A stretch of DNA of 64,000 nucleotides from an uncultured bacterium (GTDB lineage Bacteria; Edwardsbacteria; AC1; EtOH8): the NCBI GenBank assembly GCA_963780225.1, contig CAWAAX010000006.1, positions 96,001 through 160,000 of the forward strand, read 5' to 3'. Made by a program: the position numbers and the translations under genes. The notes beneath the pieces were generated by a model. The model was not told the origin of the DNA. It worked only from the letters and a program-made list of their open reading frames with translations, and did no database searches. Each line of letters starts with the position of its first letter. Position 1 is the stretch's first letter. Positions 8,698 through 18,028 of this stretch are shown in pieces.

Positions 8698-9690
8698 ATG
8701 GGAACTGCAAACACTAAAATACTGATCCGTGTGCCGAACTGGATCGGCGATGCCGTGGTCTCCACCGCCTTCGTGGCGGCCTGCGCCAAGGCGCATCCTG
8801 GCTCGTCCATCACGGTGCTGGCCCATCCCCGGGTGGCGGCGCTGTTTGAGAACGATCCGGATATCCAAAGCATCCTCAAGCTTTTTCCCGGAAGATCCCT
8901 GTGGCAGACCGCCGGGGAACTGAAAAAGGAGAAGTACGATGTCGCCTATATCCTGCCGATCTCTTTTTCCTCGGCCCTGATGGCCTTTCTGGCCGGCATC
9001 CCCCAGCGCATCGGCTACAGCGCCGAGGCCCGGGGTTTTCTGTTAACCCAAAAACTCAGATACAGCCAAAACGATTTCCGCAGCCGCCACATCATCATGG
9101 ATTTCATTAAACTGCTGGGCAGGGAGGAAACCGTCAATGCGCCCGGGATATTCCTGTCGCCAGAAGAGATGAAGTGGTCCGGGGAATTCCTGGCATCCAA
9201 CAAGTTTCAGGCCGGCAATATCACCGGCTTTGGGCCGGGAGCCACTTTCGGTCCGGCAAAGCGCTGGCCCAGGGAGAACTGGGTGGAACTGGGAAAGGAA
9301 CTGGCAAACAGAGGACATCAGATCCTAATCTTCGGCTCCGGCGAGGAGACCGAGCTTTGCGGACAGATAGCCCGGGACATCGGTCCCAAAGCGCTGAGCC
9401 TGGCCGGAACGGCTTCACTGCGCCAGAGCGCGGCACTGCTTTCGCTTTGCTCGGACTTCATCACCAACGACACCGGGGTGATGCACCTGGCGGCGGCGGT
9501 GGGAACAAGGGTGACGGCCATCTTCGGCTCAACCAACCCTGTCTGGACCAAACCCTGGGGGGAAAAGCACCGGGTGATATATAATGGTGAGCCCTGCAGC
9601 CCCTGTTACAAAAGAGAATGCCGGTACGGGCATTATGATTGTTTGAAAAAGATAATGGTTAAGGATATATTGGACGCAGACTTTGGCTAA
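8698..9690 (+). CDS. waaF: ADP-heptose:LPS heptosyltransferase II
   Basis: KILIRVPNWIGDAV, PGATFGPAKRWP, NDTGVMHLAAA, FGST. Confidence 0.85.
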   Translation: MGTANTKILIRVPNWIGDAVVSTAFVAACAKAHPGSSITVLAHPRVAALFENDPDIQSILKLFPGRSLWQTAGELKKEKYDVAYILPISFSSALMAFLAGIPQRIGYSAEARGFLLTQKLRYSQNDFRSRHIIMDFIKLLGREETVNAPGIFLSPEEMKWSGEFLASNKFQAGNITGFGPGATFGPAKRWPRENWVELGKELANRGHQILIFGSGEETELCGQIARDIGPKALSLAGTASLRQSAALLSLCSDFITNDTGVMHLAAAVGTRVTAIFGSTNPVWTKPWGEKHRVIYNGEPCSPCYKRECRYGHYDCLKKIMVKDILDADFG

Positions 9691-9766
9691 TGCTCAGTCG
9701 AACGATTGACGCAGATCATTTCTGATTTTGTTTTTTGTCTTTTTTATTTAGTCGTCCGGTTTACCC

Positions 9767-9795
9767 TTGACATCAAAAACAATTTAGTGTAAAAT
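9767..9795 (+). promoter_or_regulatory. Sigma70 promoter of the hydrogenase operon
   Basis: ttgaca-N17-taaaat; RBS aggag before 9842. Confidence 0.75.
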
Positions 9796-9841
9796 AAAAC
9801 GTCTTTACCTGAAATTTTTTACAAAATATATAGGAGTTCAT

Positions 9842-11311
9842 ATGGGCTGGGAATTTTCGGTTTGGGCCACGGTGCTGATCCCGCTTTTGGGGAGCTTTAC
9901 CCTTCCCCTTTTCGGCCTGGTCTCCAAGCCCTTGCGCAACGCGGTGGCGGTGCTGCTGGGTCTGGCGGCCACTTTTTTTGCGCTGACCCTGCTGCCGGCC
10001 GCCTTCTCGGGCGAGGTCCACGTCTTTAACCTGGCGCTGGGGCTGGGGGTCAACGCCACACTGGTGGTGGACGGGCTGTCGGTCTTCATGGCCATAGCCG
10101 CCTCCCTGATCAGCACCCTGATCATCGTCTACTCGCTGGGATACATCAAGGACTACCATTATCAGCAGGAATACTTCATGATGGTGGTCCTTTTCCTTGG
10201 CGCCATGATGGGGCTGGTCTTCTCGGCCAACCTGATCTTCATGTACGTCTTTTGGGAGATCACCGGCATCTGCTCCTGGCGCCTGATCGGCTTCTTCCGC
10301 GACCGGCCCACCGTGCTCAAGGCCGACAAGGCCTTTTTGATGACCTTCGGCGGCGCGGTGTTCATGCTGCTGGGCTTCGCCCTGGTCTACGCCCAGAGCG
10401 GCACCTTTAACATGCTGGAGATGCGCGGCCTGCCGATCTCCGGGCTGGCCATCGCCCTGATCACCATGGGGATATTCGCCAAGTCGGCCACTTTGCCGTT
10501 CCACACCTGGCTGCCCGACGCCGGCGTGGCCCCCACCCCGGTCACGGCCCTGCTGCACGCGGCGGTGCTGGTCAAGATCGGCGTCTACGCCTTTGCCCGG
10601 ATATTCAACTTCACCTTCGCCATTCCGGTTGACTGGCAGACCATCCTGATGACCGTGGGCCTGCTCTCGGCCATGGTCTCGGCCGCGGCCGCCCTCTGGG
10701 ACACCAACATCAAGCGGATCCTGGCCTATTCCACCGTCAGCCAGATCGGATACATCTTCATGGGCCTGGCGGCCTTCAACACCATCGGGGTGGCCGGAGC
10801 GCTGCTCTTCATCCTGATGCACGGGCTGGCCAAGGGCGGACTGTTCCTGGCGGCCGGGGTGATAGAACACGGCACCGGCACCAAGGACATCACCAAGATG
10901 GGAGGGCTGTTCAAGGCCATGCCCATCACCGCGGTGGCCTTCATCATGTGCATCTTCTCCATCGTGGGCATCCCGCCCTTCGGCGGCTTCTTCTCCAAGT
11001 TCATGGTCATCCAGGGAATCATCAAGTCGGGCAACATCGCCATCGGCTCGCTGGCCATCTTCACCGCAGTTTTGACCCTGGTCTACCTGCTGAGGCTGTT
11101 CAACCTGGTCTTTTTGGGCGAGGCCCGGGACCACAGCATCCACGCCCATAAGGAGGGCACACCCACCATGGTCTGGGTGGTGGCTTCGCTGGCCTTCCTG
11201 TCGCTGGCCGCCGGGATCCTGGTGAAATACCCGATGGACCTGATCAACATCGCGGTGCGGGACATCATGGGCAACCCCGCCATCCACGACATCATCGGCC
11301 TGGTGCGCTAA
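9842..11311 (+). CDS. Antiporter-like membrane subunit (NuoL/M/MrpA/D family) of hydrogenase complex
   Basis: FWE...CSW.LI, KSA.LPFHTWLPDA..APTPVTALLHAA, KRILAYSTVSQIGY, HGLAKGGLF, G.PPF.GF.SK. Confidence 0.92.
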   Translation: MGWEFSVWATVLIPLLGSFTLPLFGLVSKPLRNAVAVLLGLAATFFALTLLPAAFSGEVHVFNLALGLGVNATLVVDGLSVFMAIAASLISTLIIVYSLGYIKDYHYQQEYFMMVVLFLGAMMGLVFSANLIFMYVFWEITGICSWRLIGFFRDRPTVLKADKAFLMTFGGAVFMLLGFALVYAQSGTFNMLEMRGLPISGLAIALITMGIFAKSATLPFHTWLPDAGVAPTPVTALLHAAVLVKIGVYAFARIFNFTFAIPVDWQTILMTVGLLSAMVSAAAALWDTNIKRILAYSTVSQIGYIFMGLAAFNTIGVAGALLFILMHGLAKGGLFLAAGVIEHGTGTKDITKMGGLFKAMPITAVAFIMCIFSIVGIPPFGGFFSKFMVIQGIIKSGNIAIGSLAIFTAVLTLVYLLRLFNLVFLGEARDHSIHAHKEGTPTMVWVVASLAFLSLAAGILVKYPMDLINIAVRDIMGNPAIHDIIGLVR

Positions 11312-11322
11312 CCCAGGGGACA

Positions 11323-11507
11323 TTACCACGCCTGCGTGCCGAAACAATTGACATTGATAGACACTTTGGCGTGCAGGCACGGAAACACGCCACCGCCTAT
11401 AACGGGGTGCCGCTTCGGCGGCAGAAATATAAAAAGCGGAATCTGGTTTAAAAATCAGGGTTAAGAAATATTTTCAGTGTTTCCATCATTCAGTGTTTCA
11501 GTGGTAA
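11323..11507. repeat. Mosaic of 8-mer arrays with nested palindromic inserts
   Basis: ttaccac...gtggtaa ends; ttcagtgt/ttcagtgg units; 47-bp palindrome 11331..11377 flanked by direct cacg. Confidence 0.6.
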
Positions 11508-11554
11508 ATGGCACAAGAAATATCAAATAAAAATTTTAAATACCGAGTTTAAAG

Positions 11555-13441
11555 ATGAATCCCAACATTCTTTTAATACCGATCCTGCTGCCGATACTGG
11601 CCGGGCTGGCAGTATTGATACTGCCCAAGGGCCTGAAATGGGTCAAGGAAGGGCTGGCCGTGGCGGTGGCCGCCGTGGCCCTGTATTACGCGGCCCTGAT
11701 CTTTAAAAGCGGGGGAGAGGGCCTGAGGCTGTTCGTGCCCTGGACCTCTTTCGGCATAAACTTTGACCTCTACGCCTATCACCTGCCGCGCTTCATCCTG
11801 CTGGCCGCCGCCGGGTTCGAGGTCCTGCTGGCCCTGTACTCGGCCGCCTTCATGCACGACAAGTGGCGGGCCCGGGAATACTTCGCCTACTTCTTGATCA
11901 CCGCCGGACTGGCCAACGGCGCCATCCTGGCCAACAATTTCATGGTGCTGTTGTTCTTCTGGGAGGGTCTGCTGGTAACCCTCTACGGCATGATCACCCT
12001 GGGCCACAAGCAGTCGCACATCACCGCCACCAAGGCTTTGATCATCTCCGGGCTGGCCGACTTCGCCATGATCCTGGGCATCATCTTCCTCTGGTCCATC
12101 ACCGGGACCATGACCATGTCCGAGGTCCGCTTCCTGGAGCCCACCGGGCTGGCCGGGGCGGCCTTCATATTGATGGCCCTGGGCGCCATGGCCAAGGCCG
12201 GCGCCATGCCCTTCCACACCTGGATCCCGGACGCCGCCATCGACGCCCCGCTGCCCTTCATGGCCTACCTGCCGGCGGCCCTGGAGAAACTGCTGGGGAT
12301 CTACCTGCTGGCCCGCATCTCGCTGGAATTCTTCACCATCCACATGAACAGCGCCATGTCCATCTTCCTGATGACCATCGGAGCCATAACCATCGTCTTG
12401 GCGGTGATGATGGCCCTGGTGCAGAAGGACTATAAAAAACTGCTTTCGTTCCACGCCATCAGCCAGGTGGGCTACATGATCCTGGGGATCGGCACCGGGG
12501 TGCCCATCGGCATCGCCGGCGGCATCTTCCACATGCTCAACCACGCCATGTACAAGTGCACCCTGTTCCTGACCGGCGGGGCGGTGGAGAAGGAGGCCGG
12601 CACCACCGAGCTGAAGAAGCTGGGCGGTCTGTTCAAGCTGATGCCCATCACCGGCGTGGCCTTCTGGATCGCGGCCTTTTCCATCTCCGGGGTGCCGCCC
12701 TTCAACGGCTTCGTCTCCAAGGAAATGGTGTTCCACGGGGCTTTTGAGACCGGGCACATCATCTTCCCCATAGCCGCCTGGATCGGGGCCATCTTCACCT
12801 TTGCCTCGTTCCTCAAGCTCGGCCACTCCACCTACTTCGGCAAGCGCAGCCCGGAGGCCCCCGTCCAGAACGTCAAGGAGACCAACTGGGCCATGATCAT
12901 CCCGATGGCCACCATCGCCCTGGGCTGCGTGGTGTTCGGCGTCTTCAACAAACTGCCCCTGAAATACCTGATCACCCCCATCCTGGAAGGCAAGCCCATT
13001 GTGGAGGAGGGGGCCAACCTGGAATTCTGGCACCATTCATTCGCCATGAACTGGATCGTGGGCGTGTCCATGGCCTGTCTGGTGATCGCCTTTCTGATCC
13101 ACCAGTACGGGGTGAAGAAGGGCCAGGGCAAGGCCTATCTGGCTTCCGAGCCCATCCATCACCTGCCGGTGCTGAACACCCTCTACGACCTGGCCGAGGC
13201 CCGGGTGTTCGACATGTACCACTGGTTCGTCAACGGGCTGGTCAAGGGCGGGGCCTGGGCGGTGTGGAAGGTCATCGACCGGGGAATAGACGCGGTCTAC
13301 GAGAACCTGCTGACCTTTGTCGGCAACTTCTCCATCAAGGTCCTCAAGGAATACCACAACGGGGTCTATGCCAACTACCTGAGCTGGGTGGTGGGCGGGT
13401 TCGCGCTGTTGGTGATCTACCTGGCGGTATTGGTCAAGTAA
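11555..13441 (+). CDS. Antiporter-like membrane subunit with long C-terminal extension (NuoL/MrpA-like)
   Basis: KAGAMPFHTWIPDA, KKLLSFHAISQVGY, NHAMYKCTLF, GVPPFNGFVSK; NuoL-like C-terminal lateral helix plus final TM (HNG..ANY). Confidence 0.9.
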   Translation: MNPNILLIPILLPILAGLAVLILPKGLKWVKEGLAVAVAAVALYYAALIFKSGGEGLRLFVPWTSFGINFDLYAYHLPRFILLAAAGFEVLLALYSAAFMHDKWRAREYFAYFLITAGLANGAILANNFMVLLFFWEGLLVTLYGMITLGHKQSHITATKALIISGLADFAMILGIIFLWSITGTMTMSEVRFLEPTGLAGAAFILMALGAMAKAGAMPFHTWIPDAAIDAPLPFMAYLPAALEKLLGIYLLARISLEFFTIHMNSAMSIFLMTIGAITIVLAVMMALVQKDYKKLLSFHAISQVGYMILGIGTGVPIGIAGGIFHMLNHAMYKCTLFLTGGAVEKEAGTTELKKLGGLFKLMPITGVAFWIAAFSISGVPPFNGFVSKEMVFHGAFETGHIIFPIAAWIGAIFTFASFLKLGHSTYFGKRSPEAPVQNVKETNWAMIIPMATIALGCVVFGVFNKLPLKYLITPILEGKPIVEEGANLEFWHHSFAMNWIVGVSMACLVIAFLIHQYGVKKGQGKAYLASEPIHHLPVLNTLYDLAEARVFDMYHWFVNGLVKGGAWAVWKVIDRGIDAVYENLLTFVGNFSIKVLKEYHNGVYANYLSWVVGGFALLVIYLAVLVK

Positions 13442-13505
13442 ATTGATCTGATTAATAATTGTTTGGTAAGATATATTTGTCATAGCAAACCTTCAAAGGG
13501 GTCGC

Positions 13506-13790
13506 ATGAAACTCACATTTGAATGGGATGAAGTAAAAGCAAAGGCAAATTTCAAGAAGCATAAAGTGAGTTTTGAGGAGGGCAAAACGATTTTCAATGA
13601 CCCTTTCCTGTGTACATTACCGGACAGTGAACATTCAGTATACGAAGCGCGTTATATAAACATTGGTCTTTCTGCAAACGGGCGTGTTTTAATTTTGACT
13701 CATACTGAACGGCAGGGCAGGATACGCATCATCAGTTGCAGGAAAGCGGCGGAGCAAGAAAGGAGATTTTATGAAGAAGGCAGCTTCTAA
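13506..13790 (+). CDS. BrnT-family ribonuclease toxin (DUF497)
   Basis: FEWDEVKAKANFKKHKVSFEE...IRIISCRKA...ERRFYE; AT-richer than flanks. Confidence 0.92.
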   Translation: MKLTFEWDEVKAKANFKKHKVSFEEGKTIFNDPFLCTLPDSEHSVYEARYINIGLSANGRVLILTHTERQGRIRIISCRKAAEQERRFYEEGSF

Positions 13791-14076
13791 AAAAATACCG
13801 GAGCAAGAAGACATGAAATCGGAATATGACTTTTCCGGTATGGCGGGAGCGATACGGGGCAAGTATTACAAAGCCTATCGGGCCGGACATAAAGTGGAAA
13901 TTCATAAATCGGACGGCACTACTTCGGTACAATGCTTTAAACTTGAGGAAGGAGCGGTTATGTTGGAGCCGGACATTAAAAAATATTTCCCCAATTCAGA
14001 GTCAGTCAACAAGGCGCTCCGGTCATTGATTGCGATTATTCCTTCGAAACGGCGCATAGCCTCTCACGCTAAATGA
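13771..14076 (+). CDS. BrnA-like antitoxin
   Basis: Overlaps brnT; DMKSEYDFS, RGKY, LEPD...FP.SESVNKALR. Confidence 0.8.
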   Translation: MKKAASKKIPEQEDMKSEYDFSGMAGAIRGKYYKAYRAGHKVEIHKSDGTTSVQCFKLEEGAVMLEPDIKKYFPNSESVNKALRSLIAIIPSKRRIASHAK

Positions 14077-14177
14077 TAATTCTGCATTTGCGGATGGAAA
14101 AGCAAAAGACATGACCCTTGGCTAATAGATAATCAATCGGTTTCATTTCGAAATAATACTTTGGAGCAATCTTAAAA

Positions 14178-15659
14178 ATGCTGCTGTTATTCATCATCGT
14201 TCCCCTGGCGGTGGCCGCCCTGATGCCGCTGCTGGCCCGGATCTGGAAAGGCCTGCCCGACGTGCTGGGCTCGGTGACCATGGCCTTTACCCTGGGGCTG
14301 GGGCTGTACCACATCCGGATGGTGGCCGCCGGGCACCGCTACTTCTGGGACACCGGCTCGCTGGGCCTGCCGGTCAAGCTCAGCCTGGCCATGGACGGGT
14401 TCTCGCTGCTGCTGCTGCTGATCATCAGCCTGATCTCGCTGTTCGCCTGCATCTACTCGGTCAACTACATGGAGCACTACGGGGCCAAGGGCTCATACTA
14501 CGCCCTGTTCATGCTGATGGTGGCCGGGATGAACGGCCTGGTGCTGACCACCGACCTGTTCAACATGTACGTCTTCCTTGAAGTGGCGGCGGTGGCCAGT
14601 TACGCCCTGGTGGCCTTCGGCCAGAAGCACGACGAGGTGGAGGCGGCCTTCAAGTACCTGATGCTCTCGGTTGTCGCTACCACCGGCATCCTTTTAGCCA
14701 TGTCCTTCGTTTATTTGATGACCGGCACCTTCGGCATCACCGACCTGGCCTACGCGGTCAAGAACGGAATGAACGCCCAATTGATAGGCCTGTGCCTGGC
14801 CCTGTTCCTGATGGGCTTCGGCCTGAAATCGGCCATGGTGCCGTTCCACGCCTGGCTGCCGGACGCCCATCCCTCGGCCCCGGCCCCGATCTCGGCCATG
14901 CTGTCCGGGGTGCTGATCAAGGTCTCCGGCATCTACGCCCTGGTGCGGGTCGTTTACAACATCTTCGGCCTGCCGGCCCAGGTCTCCTCGGCCCTGATGG
15001 TGCTGGGCGTGCTCTCCATGGTCATCGGCGCGGTGGTGGCCCTGGGTCAGAATGATTACAAAAGGATGCTGGCCTATTCCTCCATCTCCCAGATCGGCTA
15101 CATAGTGGTGGGGCTGGCCATAGGTTCGCCCCTGGGGATCATGGGCGCCCTGTTCCACCTTTTCAATCACGCCACCTTCAAGAGCCTGCTGTTCCTTAAC
15201 GCCGGGGCCACCGAATACGCCACCGGCACCAGAGACCTTACCAAGCTGGGAGGGGTCAACAACAAACTGCCCATCACCGGGTTCACCAACACCATCGGCA
15301 CCTTCTCCATCGCCGGAGTGCCGCCCTTCAACGGGTTCTGGAGCAAGTTGATCATCATCGTGGCCCTGGTGGAAGCCAAGTATATCGGTGTGGCGGCCAT
15401 CGCGGTAGCCACCAGCATCATCACCCTGTGGTACTTTTTGCAGATGCAGCGCCAGGCCTTTTTCGGCAAGCTGGCGGTTGGCCTGGAGAAGGTCAAGGAA
15501 GTGCCTTTCTATATGGCTTTGGCCACCATCTGTCTGGCGGCCCTGTGCCTGCTGGGCGGGCTGTTCTATCCCTGGATCACCACCAATCTGATCCAGCCGG
15601 GGGTCACTTCGCTTTCCAACGCCATCGGGGTGAACAGCTTCATCAACCTGGGACAATAG
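14178..15659 (+). CDS. Antiporter-like membrane subunit (MrpD/NuoN-like)
   Basis: DLFNMYVFLEV, EAAFKY, KSAMVPFHAWLPDAHPSAP, KRMLAYSSISQIGY, NHATFKSLLF. Confidence 0.92.
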   Translation: MLLLFIIVPLAVAALMPLLARIWKGLPDVLGSVTMAFTLGLGLYHIRMVAAGHRYFWDTGSLGLPVKLSLAMDGFSLLLLLIISLISLFACIYSVNYMEHYGAKGSYYALFMLMVAGMNGLVLTTDLFNMYVFLEVAAVASYALVAFGQKHDEVEAAFKYLMLSVVATTGILLAMSFVYLMTGTFGITDLAYAVKNGMNAQLIGLCLALFLMGFGLKSAMVPFHAWLPDAHPSAPAPISAMLSGVLIKVSGIYALVRVVYNIFGLPAQVSSALMVLGVLSMVIGAVVALGQNDYKRMLAYSSISQIGYIVVGLAIGSPLGIMGALFHLFNHATFKSLLFLNAGATEYATGTRDLTKLGGVNNKLPITGFTNTIGTFSIAGVPPFNGFWSKLIIIVALVEAKYIGVAAIAVATSIITLWYFLQMQRQAFFGKLAVGLEKVKEVPFYMALATICLAALCLLGGLFYPWITTNLIQPGVTSLSNAIGVNSFINLGQ

Positions 15660-15661
15660 TC

Positions 15662-15717
15662 CCGAAGTTCTGAAGGTGAGAAGGTCTGAAGTTCCGAAGC
15701 TATGAAACTGGGAAGGT
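15662..15717 (+). repeat. Seven 8-mers (nnGAAGnT) upstream of the four-helix-bundle gene
   Basis: ccgaagtt ctgaaggt gagaaggt ctgaagtt ccgaagct atgaaact gggaaggt. Confidence 0.85.
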
Positions 15718-15721
15718 AAAC

Positions 15722-16102
15722 ATGGCAGAGAAAATAAATACGGTCAGAGATCTCAATGCATACAAACTTGCCTTCGAATGCGCCATGGAAATTTATGAGA
15801 TAAGCAAGAAGTTTCCGGCGGATGAAAGATTCTCACTGACAGACCAGATCAGACGTTCCTCAAGATCGGTTTGCACAAACCTGGCGGAATCATGGCGGAA
15901 AAGAAGGTATAAAAAGGTTTTCACCAATAAACTTTCAGATGCGATGCAAGAGGCTTCAGAGACCCAGACCTGGCTGGAATTCTGTTTTTGTTGCAAATAT
16001 ATTGATCAAGATACTTTTAAAAATTTGGACGATAAGTACGAAAACATCATCGGCATGTTGAACACGATGGAATACAAAGCCGACAAGTTCTGTTTTCAAT
16101 GA
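15722..16102 (+). CDS. Four-helix-bundle protein (23S rRNA IVP/S23 family)
   Basis: RDL.AY, FP.DERFSLTDQIRRSSRSVC.NLAE.W, EA.ETQ.WL; AT-rich. Confidence 0.93.
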   Translation: MAEKINTVRDLNAYKLAFECAMEIYEISKKFPADERFSLTDQIRRSSRSVCTNLAESWRKRRYKKVFTNKLSDAMQEASETQTWLEFCFCCKYIDQDTFKNLDDKYENIIGMLNTMEYKADKFCFQ

Positions 16103-16108
16103 TAGCGT

Positions 16109-16140
16109 ACCTTCGGACCTTCGGAATATCGCAACTTCTA
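16109..16140 (-). repeat. Inverted copy of the 8-mer array, downstream of the four-helix-bundle gene
   Basis: accttcgg accttcgg aatatcgc aacttcta (accttcgg is the reverse complement of ccgaaggt). Confidence 0.75.
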
Positions 16141-16161
16141 ATAAAATAGTAAGGGACTAAG

Positions 16162-16698
16162 ATGGATCTCCTAAACCTCATATTACTGCTGATGCTGGCC
16201 GGGTTCGCCATGATGGCGGTGTTCCTGAAGGACCTGCTTAAGGCGGCCATCTCCCTGGCCTTCATGAGCGCCCTGCTGGCGGTGCTGTTGTACCGCTTGA
16301 ACTCGCCGTTCGCCGCGGTGTTCGAACTCTCGGTGGTGGCCGGGCTGATCACGGTGCTGTTCGTCTCGGTGATAGCCATGACCAAGGAAGAGGAGCAGGC
16401 CAAGGAAGCCCGCTGGCCGGCTTATGTCTTTCCCCTGGTGCTGGTGGTGTTCGGCCTGATCGACATCAGGGTGATGCAGTCCCTCTTCGCCAATACCCCC
16501 CAGGGCTTCGGCAATCCCGAGGCCAGTTTCGGCGCCACCCTGTGGGGCGTGCGCTCGCTGGACATCATAGGCCAGATAGCGGTGATCTTCGGCGGGGTGT
16601 TCGGGGTGCTGGCCCTGCTCAGGGAAAAGCCCCTGACCGTCAAGCAAAAGGAAGATGCCATCATCGCCAAGGACGGCGGAAAGGAGAAATTATGGTAG
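16162..16698 (+). CDS. NuoJ/MrpB-like small membrane subunit
   Basis: Five hydrophobic helices; AAVFELSVVAGLI.VLF; LW..R..D. Confidence 0.8.
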   Translation: MDLLNLILLLMLAGFAMMAVFLKDLLKAAISLAFMSALLAVLLYRLNSPFAAVFELSVVAGLITVLFVSVIAMTKEEEQAKEARWPAYVFPLVLVVFGLIDIRVMQSLFANTPQGFGNPEASFGATLWGVRSLDIIGQIAVIFGGVFGVLALLREKPLTVKQKEDAIIAKDGGKEKLW

Positions 16699-16991
16699 TC
16701 ACCTATTTTATCTTCGTGGGCCTGCTGTTCTTCATCGGGCTGTACTGCCTGCTGACCAGCCGCAACCTGATCAAGCTTCTGATAGGGCTGGAGATCATGG
16801 CCAAGTCGGCGGTGCTGTCATTCATCGTGGCCGGCTGGGCCCGGGGCGAAAGCTTCGTCTCCCAGAGCGTGGTCATCACCTTCATCGTGATAGAGGTCTC
16901 CATCGTGGCGGTGGCCCTGGCCCTGGTGATCAATGTCTTCAAGAACACCGGCAGCCTGGATATCCGCAACCTGGCCAAACTAAAGGGATAA
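16692..16991 (+). CDS. NuoK/MrpC-like subunit
   Basis: ATG at 16692 after aaggag; IGLYCLL..RNLIK.LIGLEIM, C-terminal L..LKG. Confidence 0.9.
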   Translation: MVVTYFIFVGLLFFIGLYCLLTSRNLIKLLIGLEIMAKSAVLSFIVAGWARGESFVSQSVVITFIVIEVSIVAVALALVINVFKNTGSLDIRNLAKLKG

Positions 16992-17040
16992 AATAATCAC
17001 CATAATCAAACAAACCAATACTTTTAATCTGGTGAACAAT

Positions 17041-17391
17041 ATGAATATAACCCTGCTGAATCCCTGGAACATGATCTTAACCCCCTTTGTGGGTTTCTTC
17101 GCCTTCCTGGCCATTTCATACTTCATCTACCGGATGGGCGACGTGATGGCCCCCAAGCTCAAGAGCCAGGGCGCCAAGCTTTCCCAGTATGCCTGCGGCG
17201 AGGAATTCGAGGCCAAGAAGGTCCAGGTGGGATACAAGCTGTTCTTCTACGCCGCGCTGTTCTTTACCATGATGCACGTGGCGGCCCTGGTGATCGCCAC
17301 CATCCCGGGCGGAAGCCTGGCCTACGCCATGCTGGGGATAGTCTATTTGCTGATGATCACCCTTTCGGTAGTGGCTCTGCTCCTGAAGTGA
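17041..17391 (+). CDS. NuoA-like subunit
   Basis: Three TM helices; K...YACGE; alternative GTG start at 17032. Confidence 0.8.
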   Translation: MNITLLNPWNMILTPFVGFFAFLAISYFIYRMGDVMAPKLKSQGAKLSQYACGEEFEAKKVQVGYKLFFYAALFFTMMHVAALVIATIPGGSLAYAMLGIVYLLMITLSVVALLLK

Positions 17392-17394
17392 ACC

Positions 17395-17504
17395 TTTGCC
17401 ACAAAGACACGAAGACACTAAGGCAAATATTGAATTGTAAATTGAGAATCGTATTATTTGTGCCTTGGTGCCCCTTCGATAAAACTCAGGGCATGCTTAG
17501 TGAC
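17395..17504. repeat. Inverted 8-mer arrays with a nested 28-nt REP-like unit
   Basis: gccacaaa gacacgaa gacactaa ... ttgtgcc ttggtg[ccccttcgataaaactcagggcatgctt]agtgac. Confidence 0.65.
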
Positions 17505-17536
17505 TGAACGAGAAATATTATATTAAGGATATATTT

Positions 17537-17968
17537 ATGGCTTTAGAAAAACTGGTCAAGTGGTCCCGGGTCTCATCGCCCTGGATACTGCATTTCAACA
17601 GCGGGGCCTGCAACGGCTGCGACATCGAAACTTTGGCGGCCCTGATGCCGCGCTTTGACCTGGAACGCTTCGGGGTGATCCTGAAGTCCACTCCCCGCCA
17701 TGCCGATGTGCTGGTCTGCACCGGGGCGGTGACCCGCCAGCAGGCCGACCGCTTAAAGCGGATCTACGAACAGATGCCCGAGCCAAAATTCGTGGTGGCG
17801 GTGGGAGCCTGCGCTTGCTCCGGCAACGTGTTCCGGGACTGTTACAGCGTGCTGGAGGGGGTCGACAAGGTGATCCCGGTCAACGCCTACATCCCCGGCT
17901 GCGCGGTGCGTCCCGATGCGGTGATAGACGGAGTGGCCAAGCTTTTGGGTGCCCTTAAAAAAGGCTGA
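17537..17968 (+). CDS. Group 4 [NiFe]-hydrogenase small subunit (NuoB-like)
   Basis: SPW....GACNGCDIE, PRHAD, GAC, IPGC..RP. Confidence 0.95.
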   Translation: MALEKLVKWSRVSSPWILHFNSGACNGCDIETLAALMPRFDLERFGVILKSTPRHADVLVCTGAVTRQQADRLKRIYEQMPEPKFVVAVGACACSGNVFRDCYSVLEGVDKVIPVNAYIPGCAVRPDAVIDGVAKLLGALKKG

Positions 17969-17980
17969 TCAGGAAACAAT

Positions 17981-18022
17981 TACCGGATACTGGATACAGT
18001 ATACCGTATACAGAATACAGGA
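17981..18022 (+). repeat. Six heptamers (TACnGnA); the last unit runs into the RBS
   Basis: taccgga tactgga tacagta taccgta tacagaa tacagga. Confidence 0.85.
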
Positions 18023-18028
18023 GAGAAA

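Noticed and set aside
9807..9824. Rex operator upstream of the hydrogenase operon (acctgaaattttttacaa)
   Set aside because: Only one half-site resembles TTGTGAA-N4-TTCACAA; too weak in AT-rich sequence.
15722..16102. Avd of a diversity-generating retroelement, or a 23S rRNA intervening sequence
   Set aside because: No reverse transcriptase, TR/VR pair or rRNA gene nearby.
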